In this document: positions 44,813 through 54,530 of the stretch, piece by piece
Position numbering within the stretch: the first letter of the stretch is position 1
How the letters are laid out: each line of letters begins with the position of its first letter
Notes under the pieces: model-generated
Databases searched by the model: none
Seen by the model: the letters and a program-made list of their open reading frames with translations, nothing else
What the model was told of the DNA's origin: nothing
Virus record (IMG/VR): IMGVR_UViG_3300031912_000009
Location: 1,418 to 65,417 of that record
Reading direction: 5' to 3' (one strand)
From: a virus
Taxonomy: Duplodnaviria > Caudoviricetes
Length of the DNA stretch: 64,000 bases
Program-made: the position numbers and the translations under genes

Positions 44813-47800
44813 TGGCTGATTTCACGTTGCCGAGTGATGCAGACTTTGTTCTGCCAAGCGATCGGCAACCAGCCGCAGCGCCGCCACCGGCTGGGCCTGA
44901 ACCATTACGACCTCCGGAGGTGCCGGAACCTACGCTTTCTGCGCACGAGCGCTACCGCGCGGCGCAACGGGCGGCGACCCTCGCTGGTACACCAGAACAA
45001 CCGGCCGGCACTGATCAAGCGCAGCCAGAAGTAGGCTACGGTCCGCAGTATACACCGTCTGGCAGCCAGCTAGCGCGGCAGTACGGTCAGGTTGGCAAGG
45101 GCTTGGCCAAAGGCGTGCCGGCGACCGTCCCTGGATTGGGATTTGTCGGCGACATCGAGGCGCAAGCTCGACTGTTCGGCAAAGACTTGGGGCTATCTCA
45201 GCAGACATTCTTCCCGCAGACGACTGAGGGTGGCTTACTAGGCCAACGGCATGGGCTTGGCATTCTGTATCCCGCGCAGACACCGGAGGAGGCTGCCGGC
45301 ATGCAGATAGCCCCGATGTTGATACCGGGGCTTAAAAAGATACCGGGTGCAATACGCGATATTCGTGAGCCGCCGCCGCCCCCTCCTGGCCCCTTCAGCA
45401 TGGCACCGGGTGTGCCAGTTGGCGAAGTGAGGCCTGGAACGGGCGCACGATTACTACCGCCTGACGCCCCTACGGTCCCTGCCGGCACGGAAACGACTGT
45501 ACCGATTCGTGCTGGGGTTGGTGCGCAAGCGGCCGCTGGTCCGTTGGATGGTATTAGCACTGTTACGTTAGATTATTTCCGCGATCTCTTGCAGAAAGAA
45601 TTCACGCCGTATTCTTTAGAACAACGCTCTGAGAAATTGGGACCGCATGGGTTCTTCGGTGAATTGTCGCCAAGCACTGAACTGGGAATGCGAGGTGCCT
45701 CGTCTTATCCAGATGCGGCTAGAAGTGAAACAATCAATTCTGTCGAAACCCGTAAAGCTGAGACACCAGAACGTGTCAAAGCGATGTGGGATGAAGCGTT
45801 TGGTCCTGCCGAAAATCTAGCGGAGAACCGTCAGCTATTAACCATCCAACAAAACCAAGTTGCTGGTCCGATCTATCGCGCATTTGAACAGCTACCAGTC
45901 CCGCCAACCCCAGCCATGCTGGACACGTCGGAGGCCGGTTTGATGACACGGTTGCGTGCAGCACACACATTCGGTGAGGCACGAGATCTAGCTGGGATAG
46001 AAGGCATTCCGTGGGATGAAGCATTTGATACCGGCTTGGAACGTGCGCAGCGATTCCCAACTGCGCGCAGTTGGGATTTGATTAAGCAAGCGTTGGATAG
46101 TCAGATTGAAGAATCGTTCAATAAGTTTGGTGAAGCTACTCGTCGCACTCGCTCATTGACGCAACTGAAGAATGATCTAGTTGCTGACATTGATAATCAT
46201 CCGAATACAGACATCGGCACGATGTGGCGCATGGGCCGCGACGCATACGCTGGCCCCGCGCAGATCAAAGCCGCGGAGGCGTTAGGCGCGCGGTTGTTAA
46301 ACGAAAGCGTTAAAGCTAACGAGCTACCGTTCTTCACGTCATCTTATTCGCCAGCACAAATGCGAGGTGTGTTGCGTGGTTTGCGTGCTGATCTTGAAGA
46401 CAGATATGGCAGGGCTGGGCCGCAGGATCGAGCCGTCATTAATCAAATGCGCGGGGCTAATAATCAGAAAAAGATAAGATGGTTTTTGAATGACGATGCG
46501 CGTGCGGATCAGTTATTCAACAAGATGGATCAGGAACACGGGTTGCTTGGGGCGCCGACTAAGCTTTATGGCGGCTCGCCAACTTCCGCTGGCCAAGTTG
46601 CTAGAGACATATTCGGTCCTCAATCTAGTATGTTGGACCCCAAGAAACTTTTGAAGTATGGCGTTGCACTTGGTCATTTTGCTACAGATCCGGTTTCGGC
46701 TGGAGTTAAGTTGGCCGGCGAACACCTGTTAGGTGCAGTAGAAAAGCACGGTATCGCCGCGAAAGAAGCTGCCGCTGAAAGATTGCGCGGAGAGGCGACT
46801 AAAATATTCAATCTGCAAGGTCCGGAACGCGATGCAGTCGCGCGATACTTTCTTGAATCGCAGCCTGGAACGCGATGGCGTGGTGGTGCGGTAACCACGC
46901 GCGCGGCCGGCGGGCGAGCTTTCGATCCGCGCTCGATCGGCGGCCGGCGGAATCCTCGTGACGGCCAATTCTATCTTCCAGGCAAGAAATCGGGATCGTG
47001 GTTCCGGATACAGCACAGGCAAGATGCTGGTCGAGTTGTTCCGCTGGTCGGCACCTCAAGCGAAGAACAAGTCGGTTCACCGGGAATACCGATGGGGCCG
47101 CAGCCTGGACCGCATATCGGTCATGTGTTGCAGATGGCGCCGTTAAGCCCTGACAACCCCACTGAGGTGAGTGTCCCGCCATTAGCCGGGGCGATGATGC
47201 GACCAATGAGCTATGGCTTGCTGCCGACCTTGTCAGCCAAGACGCCATGGCAACAAGCCAAGCCGGTAGTCGATGCCAATGCCAACAAAGGACTGCAATA
47301 TCCGATCGATGAATCTAGCGATCGATTGAGAATGAATCTGAAGCGTGATGATAAGGCGCAAACGACTGGCAATCCATTACCGGGCGGACCGAAGAACGAT
47401 CGCACTGTGATACGCGCGCCGCAACTGACGCAGGAACAGATCGAGGCGGGCGAGAAACAACTGCCAGACTTCGTCACTGGCAAAATCACACCGCAAGACT
47501 GGGTCGATCGCCAGGAAGCATTGATGACGCCTGCCGAGATACAGGCTTTCTCGCAGTGGTACAAAGCGCTGCAAGGCCGGTTCCGGCAGAACACACCGAA
47601 TGATCCAGCGCAAGCTGACAAGTACATGCGGGCGTGGCTGGTAGCGCAACAGAACATCGGTCCGGCGCCAGCTATGTCGAACGTCTTGTTGCAATCCGAA
47701 CAGCTACTGCGTGGTGTTCCACCGGGTGAGATGGTTGCCGGCGGCATGCCAAACCCGACCGAGGCAGCGCGCGCAGTGTTGCAAGGTCAGCCGGTTCAGC

Positions 47801-49647
47801 GTGGCGCCGCGGAAAAGATTTCGGACTTTGTCGATAGCGCAGAAGGCAAGTCGGTTCGATCGTGGATGGCTAACCATCCGGATGGCGGCCGACCGTTCGT
47901 GGTCGATGTTCACACTGGGCGTGACACTGGGCTGGTCGATCAGACACTGATCAATCTGCTTCGCGCCAAAGGCTATAACAATGATGACCTCAACAAGCTT
48001 GAGATTGATTGGGGTGGCGGCGGTATCAAAGGCGCGCAGTACGAAAACCGTTCCAAGTTTGGCAACGATCTCACTGACTATTTGAACAGCATCAAATGGC
48101 AGGGGCGATCGAACTGGACACCGGCTGAGATACAAGCGGTCGGTTGGATGGGGATGACCCGACTGACGCACGAGCGCGCCGAAGATGTCGAGACTGCGAT
48201 CGGCCGCAACACCCGCAACGTGGCAATGGAATTAGCGCCCGGTAAAGGCTCGCCATGGGATAAGAAATACGGCAAGGATTTTGCCGCGTTGCCGGAAGCC
48301 GATCGGCAGGCCATCACCTCCGACATTACCCGGCAGGCCGTCACCCATGCAGCACAGATCACCGGCATTGATCCTGGGCGAATCGTCAGCGGGCTGGGTG
48401 CGTGGTTAAAGCAGCAGATGCCATCCACAGTGGCGCAGACCTTCGCTACGAGGGGCGGCGCCGACAATGCCGCGGCTGCACTCGGTCATCTCCTGCATCA
48501 GACAGAGGTGTGGTCTGCCGGCGTTAAGGCGCCCACTGAGGCGCCTGGAGGCTTTGCTATTGATTTCATAGCCAATGGTCCGCACACCTTTAATAACCCA
48601 GCGGAATTGCAGTCTTTCTGGTCGAAGGTAATGGAAGCGGACCCGCTAAAGGGTAGCAAGAAAGCTCTATTCCAGGGCTTTCAGCCGATCCAGGCGCCGA
48701 ACGGCAATCCAGGCATTCGGGTGCTGGTCGATCGCGGTGGCGTTAAGACTTTGCAGACAATAGAAAATGCCTTGGCGAAAGGTGGCCCGATTGATAGTAT
48801 GATTAGCCAAATGCCTAGCCGACCCGGCCAAGGCATTGACACGCATTTGAGTGAAGCCGAGATCAGCAAGCATATTAACGATTGGACAAAGGACAGCAAC
48901 GGTGAAGCACACATACAAAGGCTTGCGGAAGGCATCGGACGTGATCCCACAGCCGATCTCCGTACTGCTGGGCGGCAACTTGAGGCCAGCCTCAAAGCCT
49001 CAATCGAAGCCGCCCAAGCCAGACAACAAGCCGGTCAAGAAAGACAAATAGGCGGGCGCGTCTATTCGCTGGTGCCGGTGAACGGCAATCCATTCGCCAC
49101 GGGGGGCGCGGTGGATAAGGGTAAGAAAGCTAAGACCGATCCAACAATCCGTTATCAGTATCGACCGCACGGCAACCAGTGGTGCGCGAGGTGCGTTATG
49201 TTCCGCGCGCCGGATAGCTGCACGGATGTGGCTGGCAAGATTGCGCGTCAGGGCTGGTGCAAAATTTTCTACCCTAAGAACCCTAAAGGGACGAATGTAC
49301 TAAAGCGGCAAGGTGGTGGTGGCGTAGAGGATGAGCCGCCAAGTGGTGATCCAATCGGACCGCCGATTACACAGCACCCGGTCCTACAGATTGGAGTTGC
49401 ACCGGGGTTAAGTGGGCGGCAACCAGGAGTGGGACCAATGTCAAGTGTTAAGACGGCTGATGTTGTGTGGAACGGCAATCCATATCGCGTCACTTATGAT
49501 TCGGCTAAAAAGGATATGCCGTTGTGGCAGTCAACTAAAGCAACCAGAATCCGCAAAGACGGATCGCTTGGCAGAACATTGACTGGCATTCCAGAAACAT
49601 TTGGTGCGCTTAAAGAAGCTCAAAAGATTTGGGGAGAAGATCAGTGA
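44812..49647 (+). CDS. Large multidomain ejection/internal protein with HiPIP-like motif near the C-terminus
   Basis: 1611 aa, last gene of the tail module; YQYRPHGNQWCARCVMFRAPDSCTDVAGKIARQGWC. Confidence 0.75.
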   Translation: MADFTLPSDADFVLPSDRQPAAAPPPAGPEPLRPPEVPEPTLSAHERYRAAQRAATLAGTPEQPAGTDQAQPEVGYGPQYTPSGSQLARQYGQVGKGLAKGVPATVPGLGFVGDIEAQARLFGKDLGLSQQTFFPQTTEGGLLGQRHGLGILYPAQTPEEAAGMQIAPMLIPGLKKIPGAIRDIREPPPPPPGPFSMAPGVPVGEVRPGTGARLLPPDAPTVPAGTETTVPIRAGVGAQAAAGPLDGISTVTLDYFRDLLQKEFTPYSLEQRSEKLGPHGFFGELSPSTELGMRGASSYPDAARSETINSVETRKAETPERVKAMWDEAFGPAENLAENRQLLTIQQNQVAGPIYRAFEQLPVPPTPAMLDTSEAGLMTRLRAAHTFGEARDLAGIEGIPWDEAFDTGLERAQRFPTARSWDLIKQALDSQIEESFNKFGEATRRTRSLTQLKNDLVADIDNHPNTDIGTMWRMGRDAYAGPAQIKAAEALGARLLNESVKANELPFFTSSYSPAQMRGVLRGLRADLEDRYGRAGPQDRAVINQMRGANNQKKIRWFLNDDARADQLFNKMDQEHGLLGAPTKLYGGSPTSAGQVARDIFGPQSSMLDPKKLLKYGVALGHFATDPVSAGVKLAGEHLLGAVEKHGIAAKEAAAERLRGEATKIFNLQGPERDAVARYFLESQPGTRWRGGAVTTRAAGGRAFDPRSIGGRRNPRDGQFYLPGKKSGSWFRIQHRQDAGRVVPLVGTSSEEQVGSPGIPMGPQPGPHIGHVLQMAPLSPDNPTEVSVPPLAGAMMRPMSYGLLPTLSAKTPWQQAKPVVDANANKGLQYPIDESSDRLRMNLKRDDKAQTTGNPLPGGPKNDRTVIRAPQLTQEQIEAGEKQLPDFVTGKITPQDWVDRQEALMTPAEIQAFSQWYKALQGRFRQNTPNDPAQADKYMRAWLVAQQNIGPAPAMSNVLLQSEQLLRGVPPGEMVAGGMPNPTEAARAVLQGQPVQRGAAEKISDFVDSAEGKSVRSWMANHPDGGRPFVVDVHTGRDTGLVDQTLINLLRAKGYNNDDLNKLEIDWGGGGIKGAQYENRSKFGNDLTDYLNSIKWQGRSNWTPAEIQAVGWMGMTRLTHERAEDVETAIGRNTRNVAMELAPGKGSPWDKKYGKDFAALPEADRQAITSDITRQAVTHAAQITGIDPGRIVSGLGAWLKQQMPSTVAQTFATRGGADNAAAALGHLLHQTEVWSAGVKAPTEAPGGFAIDFIANGPHTFNNPAELQSFWSKVMEADPLKGSKKALFQGFQPIQAPNGNPGIRVLVDRGGVKTLQTIENALAKGGPIDSMISQMPSRPGQGIDTHLSEAEISKHINDWTKDSNGEAHIQRLAEGIGRDPTADLRTAGRQLEASLKASIEAAQARQQAGQERQIGGRVYSLVPVNGNPFATGGAVDKGKKAKTDPTIRYQYRPHGNQWCARCVMFRAPDSCTDVAGKIARQGWCKIFYPKNPKGTNVLKRQGGGGVEDEPPSGDPIGPPITQHPVLQIGVAPGLSGRQPGVGPMSSVKTADVVWNGNPYRVTYDSAKKDMPLWQSTKATRIRKDGSLGRTLTGIPETFGALKEAQKIWGEDQ

Positions 49648-49952
49648 CCACTAATCAAGGCGACCTCTCCCGCTGCATCGTGCATGAACCGGCCGAAGAT
49701 TGGCCGACTATGATCGAGGTGGTTGCGTATTGGTCTAAGGGACACGGCCGTCGCGGTCGGCGCCGCTCGATCCAGATCGATGCGGACCAGTTCTTTGGTC
49801 GCGGCCGTTATGGCGCACCAATGCCGGCAGAGGTGTTGTTTGGGATGGTCGAAAGGTTAAGGCGACAAGGGCCGGATGTTGGGTTACCGTCCCAGATGCG
49901 TGGGGATAGCGTGAAGCAAAGGAAGCAAAGCGTAGATCACGATCAGGACTAG
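49644..49952 (+). CDS. Hypothetical protein
   Basis: GTGA overlap with the upstream stop. Confidence 0.55.
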   Translation: MTTNQGDLSRCIVHEPAEDWPTMIEVVAYWSKGHGRRGRRRSIQIDADQFFGRGRYGAPMPAEVLFGMVERLRRQGPDVGLPSQMRGDSVKQRKQSVDHDQD

Positions 49953-50090
49953 GATCACGATCAGGACGACATTGATGACGGTCCGGATCGGCTCGGGGAG
50001 TGGGACGACGGAGAGAATAGCTGTCACGGCCCAGTAGATGAGGCCGACCACGACCAATGCGATCAGGAGTCCGATCAACATGTCGATCAT
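49884..50090 (-). CDS. Two-TM membrane protein (Thivi_2564-like; holin candidate)
   Basis: MIDMLIGLLIALVVVGLIYWAV...PLPEPIRTVINVVLIVILVLIVIYALLPLL. Confidence 0.7.
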   Translation of the reverse strand: MIDMLIGLLIALVVVGLIYWAVTAILSVVPLPEPIRTVINVVLIVILVLIVIYALLPLLHAIPTHLGR

Positions 50091-50742
50091 GTCGCTTAAA
50101 CGCGCGCTAGCTTTGTTAGTTCCATTGCTGTGCGTCACCCCTACCCAAGCCGCCACTGATGTGATCTTGATGTACGGCTGGGGTCCGAACGGCTGGTCAT
50201 CCGGTATCGATACGATCGCGCGGCGCGCTCGCACGCTAAGTGGCGTGAACCGCGTCAGCACCATGGACTATCGTTTCACGCAGCGTGCTTACGATCAGAT
50301 AGTTGCAGCGCATCATAATGATCCGCATCGGTCATTCGTGATCGGCGGCTATAGCTGCGGCGGAAACGGAGCCATTGCTGTGGCAGCGGCGTTGAGAAAC
50401 AATTCGATCCGCACGCATGTCATCACACTGCAACCATCAGTGTGGTGTGGTCGCTATGCTTTAACGGACAACGTGGCCCTATATCAGTCAACATGGAGTC
50501 CGGGGACACTGGGGCTAGGCAGCTATCAGCCCGAAGGACCGCCGGCACACTACAGCGTTTTTGTTCAGCGGGATTATCCGCATGGCGCAGCCGATACTGA
50601 TCCCATGTATCAGCGAGATGCGCTCTATGCTATTGCAGCGGTCGCTGATCCGGCGAGGCGCCCTGCTTGGGAACGTCATTTGATCCGCACTGCGCCGCAT
50701 GTGGATCGACAAGACGCACAAGTGATATGGCGGCGTGAGTAA
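50080..50742 (+). CDS. Secreted alpha/beta-hydrolase (lipase/cutinase-like)
   Basis: AGGAG RBS; signal peptide ...LLVPLLCVTPTQA-A; nucleophile elbow IGGYSCGG. Confidence 0.7.
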   Translation: MSIMSLKRALALLVPLLCVTPTQAATDVILMYGWGPNGWSSGIDTIARRARTLSGVNRVSTMDYRFTQRAYDQIVAAHHNDPHRSFVIGGYSCGGNGAIAVAAALRNNSIRTHVITLQPSVWCGRYALTDNVALYQSTWSPGTLGLGSYQPEGPPAHYSVFVQRDYPHGAADTDPMYQRDALYAIAAVADPARRPAWERHLIRTAPHVDRQDAQVIWRRE

Positions 50743-50760
50743 TGCCAATAGGAGGACGTA

Positions 50761-51156
50761 ATGGCAGCAGTACCGATTACAATTCAGGGCGTCATCTACC
50801 CTAATGCTAAAGGAAGGGCGGCAGGAGATCAGCCGTTCAAGGCTACGATTGTTGGCTATGCTTGGAACCCCTCACTGTCTATTGGTGGTGGGCCTATTGA
50901 AGGCCAGCCGCCGGCTGGCGGTCCTCCCGGCGAACCGACACATCCGATTGTGCCGCCCGGTGGCTATCCCCATCCGGAACATCCGATAGCCAATCCGCCG
51001 CCGGTTGATCCGCCAGTACCGCCAGAGATACCGCCCGGTGATGGCGACCCAGCTACTGGATTTATCAAGGCCCCACCGGCAAGCGGTGGATGGGGTTTCC
51101 ACGAGGATTTGGGCTGGGTCTACTACCCCGGTTCTGGTGGTGGCCCAAAAAGATAA
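50761..51156 (+). CDS. Pro/Gly-rich hypothetical protein
   Basis: AGGAGG RBS; HPIVPP / HPEHPI repeats. Confidence 0.7.
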   Translation: MAAVPITIQGVIYPNAKGRAAGDQPFKATIVGYAWNPSLSIGGGPIEGQPPAGGPPGEPTHPIVPPGGYPHPEHPIANPPPVDPPVPPEIPPGDGDPATGFIKAPPASGGWGFHEDLGWVYYPGSGGGPKR

Positions 51157-51405
51157 TTGATGCGCAGTAAGATCGCCGGGTGGTTACTCTGCTTGGCGAT
51201 CTTCCACTCGCCCGAAGGTAGAGAATTGCGGATTGAAACGCAGCACCTTGCAGCCGTTCGACCGGCTGATGCGGTGCAGCAGAATGTAGCTCCAGGCACC
51301 AAGTCTATTCTTTATGTCGGCAGTCAGAAGTTTGGAGTGATCGAAAGTCTTGCCGAGATCGATACTATTATTAAAGACTGCATTACAAACGGAGAACCGC
51401 AATGA
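51157..51405 (+). CDS. Hypothetical protein
   Basis: 82 aa coupled to the endolysin. Confidence 0.6.
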   Translation: MMRSKIAGWLLCLAIFHSPEGRELRIETQHLAAVRPADAVQQNVAPGTKSILYVGSQKFGVIESLAEIDTIIKDCITNGEPQ

Positions 51406-51935
51406 CCGCATTTGTAATCAGTTCCGGACACGCGAAGCATGTAGCTGGTGCCATAGGAATTATCTCAGAGGTAGAGAATGCTAGGCTTGTCACCGAGAAG
51501 GTTGCCAGTGAACTGCGCGAGATGGGAAACACGGTCTATACCTACCACGACAATACTTCTGATACTCAGAGCGAAAATTTAGATGCGATCGTGGCGGCAC
51601 ACGAGTCATATCAGCGCGATTACGATATCTCTGTTCATTTCAACAGTTACGATGATCCTGACGCGCATGGCACTGAGGTGCTGTATCTGACACAGCAAGA
51701 GCTAGCTGAAGACCTCTCCGCGGCGATCGCTGCGGCCAGTGGATTGTATGACAGGGGTGGGAAGTACCGTGATAATTTGGCCTTCCTGAACAACACGTCC
51801 CGCCCAGCCGTGCTACTTGAAATCGCATTTGTCACGAATCAAAATGACGTTTCCATATATCAGGACATGTTCGAAGCTATTTGCTTCTCGATAGCTGAAA
51901 CACTCGATGATTACGGAAAATTGGAGATAGCATGA
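51402..51935 (+). CDS. Endolysin, N-acetylmuramoyl-L-alanine amidase (Amidase_3), catalytic domain only
   Basis: ISSGHA...E; ISVHFNS; AHGTEVLY; AVLLEIAFVTN. Confidence 0.9.
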   Translation: MTAFVISSGHAKHVAGAIGIISEVENARLVTEKVASELREMGNTVYTYHDNTSDTQSENLDAIVAAHESYQRDYDISVHFNSYDDPDAHGTEVLYLTQQELAEDLSAAIAAASGLYDRGGKYRDNLAFLNNTSRPAVLLEIAFVTNQNDVSIYQDMFEAICFSIAETLDDYGKLEIA

Positions 51936-52447
51936 CAGTAACATTCGCCGGTCCGTGTTCGTGGTTTGGGGGAAGTTCTGACACTGGCGTCAGCGAGACA
52001 GAAGGCTTGGCCTTTATCTTTTCCTACGACCAAGCACCGTGGTTGTTCTATCCTGAAGCCGATCGCGATCCTAGCACTGGGCTGGCTCGCAATCTCGCAT
52101 CTGAGACAGTCAGCTATGTGGCCTGTCGGTGGGACTACGAAGTGACACCGAAGGAGGTATTAGCACAGCCAATCCCGGCGCTCGTGCGGGCGCCGAAGAC
52201 CGGACGTGAACGGCTCGCCCTCCCCGCAGATTGGGGTCCACATGAGGAGAAGACAGGTGGCCGCGCAGCAGACCTGTCCAAGTACCTACTTTCGCAACTT
52301 GGAATAACGACTGACGATGACGTAGAAGTTTTTTATCCGGCACCGCACGCGCCGATCAAGGATAAGGTTAAACAGCGTATCAAAAAGCGGCGCGAGGTGA
52401 TAAAACCAAAACGCAAAGCTCGGCGCCAAGCCAGGAAGAAAAAATAA
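51932..52447 (+). CDS. Putative double-psi beta-barrel (RlpA-like) cell-wall protein with basic tail
   Basis: CSWFGG..D, YVACRWDY, ADWGPH..TGGRAADLS; Lys/Arg-rich C-terminus. Confidence 0.5.
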   Translation: MTVTFAGPCSWFGGSSDTGVSETEGLAFIFSYDQAPWLFYPEADRDPSTGLARNLASETVSYVACRWDYEVTPKEVLAQPIPALVRAPKTGRERLALPADWGPHEEKTGGRAADLSKYLLSQLGITTDDDVEVFYPAPHAPIKDKVKQRIKKRREVIKPKRKARRQARKKK

Positions 52448-52485
52448 AAGGGCGGCCCTCGCGGACCGCCCTCCCAAAATTTTTA
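52441..52485. terminator. Bidirectional intrinsic terminator between convergent late and early modules
   Basis: GGGCGG-C-CC-TCGC-GG-A-CCGCCC hairpin (52450-52471) flanked by AAAATAAAA and AAAATTTTT. Confidence 0.7.
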
Positions 52486-52525
52486 GTTCTTCACTCTGAT
52501 GTCGTAGTACGTTTGTACTCCTTCA

Positions 52526-52780
52526 TCACACCCTTCTGAGAAAGTCTGGGATCTCGTCGCTGAATTCTTGTTCTCGGATCTTGTGCCAGTCCTCGCCTGT
52601 GATCTTGAGAGGTTTATCTATCGAAGGCGATCGTGGCGGCTTCAGCAATCGCTTGCGTTCTTGTCTCAGTGCGGTGATACGGTTTACTAAGCGAGATAGT
52701 CTTTTGAGATCGCGTTCTAGGCTGTCTTCGATCTCACTTAGTCGCGCACTGTGTTTTGTTGCCAGTGTAATTCTGGTCAT
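52526..52780 (-). CDS. Hypothetical protein
   Basis: 84 aa ending DEIPDFLRR, a common phage C-terminal motif. Confidence 0.65.
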   Translation of the reverse strand: MTRITLATKHSARLSEIEDSLERDLKRLSRLVNRITALRQERKRLLKPPRSPSIDKPLKITGEDWHKIREQEFSDEIPDFLRRV

Positions 52781-53069
52781 GGTTTCACCTATTCAATTGT
52801 CAAACATCCGGCGTTGCCGCCGATCACCCGCTCATCGGATGATGCAATGACTATAGCAGGATATCCGTACTACTGCTGGCTGTATCTCGGAATGATGTTA
52901 GATAGCCACATTTGTCCGCACCATTACTTCGCAAGTGCGCTGTTGATAGTTGTGTCAGTTACGGTTTTAGGGATACTTCTCGCTTACAACCTAGGAAAAC
53001 ATCAATGACTTAGCGGCAATTCCATCGCGCATTCCTAACAAACAAAGATGAAAATTATTTTTGATCGCG

Positions 53070-53201
53070 TCAGGTTGTACCGCCGACAAACAGCCCTGCG
53101 ATCCATAAAAACCCAACAATGATGATGATCCACATCACGATCTCAAGCGGATCGAAATCCTCCGGTGGCGGGCCATAAATAAATCTCTTACGAGCTAACA
53201 T
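53070..53201 (-). CDS. Small membrane peptide (43 aa)
   Basis: MLARKRFIYGPPPEDFDPLEIVMWIIIIVGFLWIAGLFVGGTT. Confidence 0.45.
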   Translation of the reverse strand: MLARKRFIYGPPPEDFDPLEIVMWIIIIVGFLWIAGLFVGGTT

Positions 53202-53397
53202 TGCGTTTCTTCTTCATCTCGCCGATCCACTCCATTAGCCCATCATAAAGTATGAGCTTGCATCGGGTAGCGTCTTCTTCTGACATATCATCGATTTCGG
53301 CCAATTGTTCGTCTAGCTCGTAATCGATAAGCCGATTGATCCTTGGCAGAACCCTGTCGACAAAGACAAGCTTGCGGATGGTGTTGAGTGTTTTCAT
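53188..53397 (-). CDS. Hypothetical protein
   Basis: 69 aa, overlapping starts and stops. Confidence 0.6.
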   Translation of the reverse strand: MKTLNTIRKLVFVDRVLPRINRLIDYELDEQLAEIDDMSEEDATRCKLILYDGLMEWIGEMKKKRNVSS

Positions 53398-53633
53398 TTG
53401 TAATGTCGTTGTTCGAATTCGATCATGTCCAACGTCGACTTGAGTTGACGCAAAGAGTAGCGAGCCTCATCCAATTTGACTCCGAAGCGCGCTTTATCGC
53501 CTAGGATCATATGCAGTCGCATGGCGTTGATCGATGCGCTAACTTCTGCCAAATGCTGTCCAGCGTCAAACATTTTTGCGCCTAACATCGCTCTGATCAT
53601 CGGCTCTTCGTTCGAAAGTTTCTCTTCGGCCAT
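53394..53633 (-). CDS. Hypothetical protein
   Basis: 79 aa, operon-coupled. Confidence 0.6.
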   Translation of the reverse strand: MAEEKLSNEEPMIRAMLGAKMFDAGQHLAEVSASINAMRLHMILGDKARFGVKLDEARYSLRQLKSTLDMIEFEQRHYK

Positions 53634-54022
53634 TTGCGTTTCAACCTGTTGTTCTTAGCTTCGATGCGCTTGTTCTTGCGGCGCAAAGCCAGATCGCTGT
53701 ACTGGCCGTGCTGGCCGCGCACCCGCGTTTCGATGTCGTGATCGTCAGCGAGGACGTAGGCTAGATATTCGGGATCATTAGCAGGCGGATTGTAATCGCC
53801 ATTGGCATCACGCGGGCGATTCACCAACGCTGGACGATGGTGGAGTTCGATCGGCATATCACAGCCGAAAAATTCCTCTAGCTTCCAGCGGATGCGCTTA
53901 TTGGTGCTACGGTGGCTTTGGGCGGCGAAGGATGGCGTAACCTTGGCTTCGCGCATCTGCCGGTCAATGACGGCCTCGCGCACATCTTGGGGAATGTACG
54001 GCCTAGGCAGCTTTCCCGGCAT
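53597..54022 (-). CDS. Degenerate HNH-like protein
   Basis: IELHHRPAL...NDP...DHDIET...SD pattern. Confidence 0.5.
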   Translation of the reverse strand: MPGKLPRPYIPQDVREAVIDRQMREAKVTPSFAAQSHRSTNKRIRWKLEEFFGCDMPIELHHRPALVNRPRDANGDYNPPANDPEYLAYVLADDHDIETRVRGQHGQYSDLALRRKNKRIEAKNNRLKRKWPKRNFRTKSR

Positions 54023-54530
54023 TTCTCTTCAACTCCCGTGGGTGAACGCCGATCATGTCGGCGAGTAGCTCCAGCACAGCTTCCTTCGATTTTTCGAATT
54101 CTTCGTAATCCATTTCGGGATCGTATTTGTAGCGTTGCGAAGTCGGGGTCCAGATCATGGCTACGTTGCCTTCGACTTGGCAGTAACTGGTAGTCGAGCT
54201 TTCGATCACATAGTCTTCAAATACTTTGGCGTCGTGGCGCGTTTGGAAGATGCGCGTTTTCTCAGCGCAGTACCCGCATTTAGCCAAGCACCAATAACGC
54301 AGCCGACTGACAGTCGGGAATCGCGATGCGAGGTGTTCAGGGAGATTGTCAAAAGCTTCCTTGACCAGTGCCATAAATTCATTGTGCGACTTGACGCTGC
54401 GCTCGCGCATTGCGCGCATCTGGTAAAGCTCGCCCTTATCGAATTGACGCATACATAGCGGCAACGATTCGGGTGTAGGCACCATAGCCTCGCCAGTCCA
54501 AGTAAAGACGGCTGGCCGTAGGTCTTTCAT
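54003..54530 (-). CDS. Conserved recombination-module hypothetical protein
   Basis: RSVKSHN..MA...EAFDNLPE...LRYWCL.KCGY; adjacent to the exonuclease. Confidence 0.65.
   Translation of the reverse strand: MKDLRPAVFTWTGEAMVPTPESLPLCMRQFDKGELYQMRAMRERSVKSHNEFMALVKEAFDNLPEHLASRFPTVSRLRYWCLAKCGYCAEKTRIFQTRHDAKVFEDYVIESSTTSYCQVEGNVAMIWTPTSQRYKYDPEMDYEEFEKSKEAVLELLADMIGVHPRELKRNAGKAA

Noticed and set aside
52876-52903. Xer/dif site
   Set aside because: TGATGTTAGAT resembles a XerD arm, but the putative XerC arm does not match.
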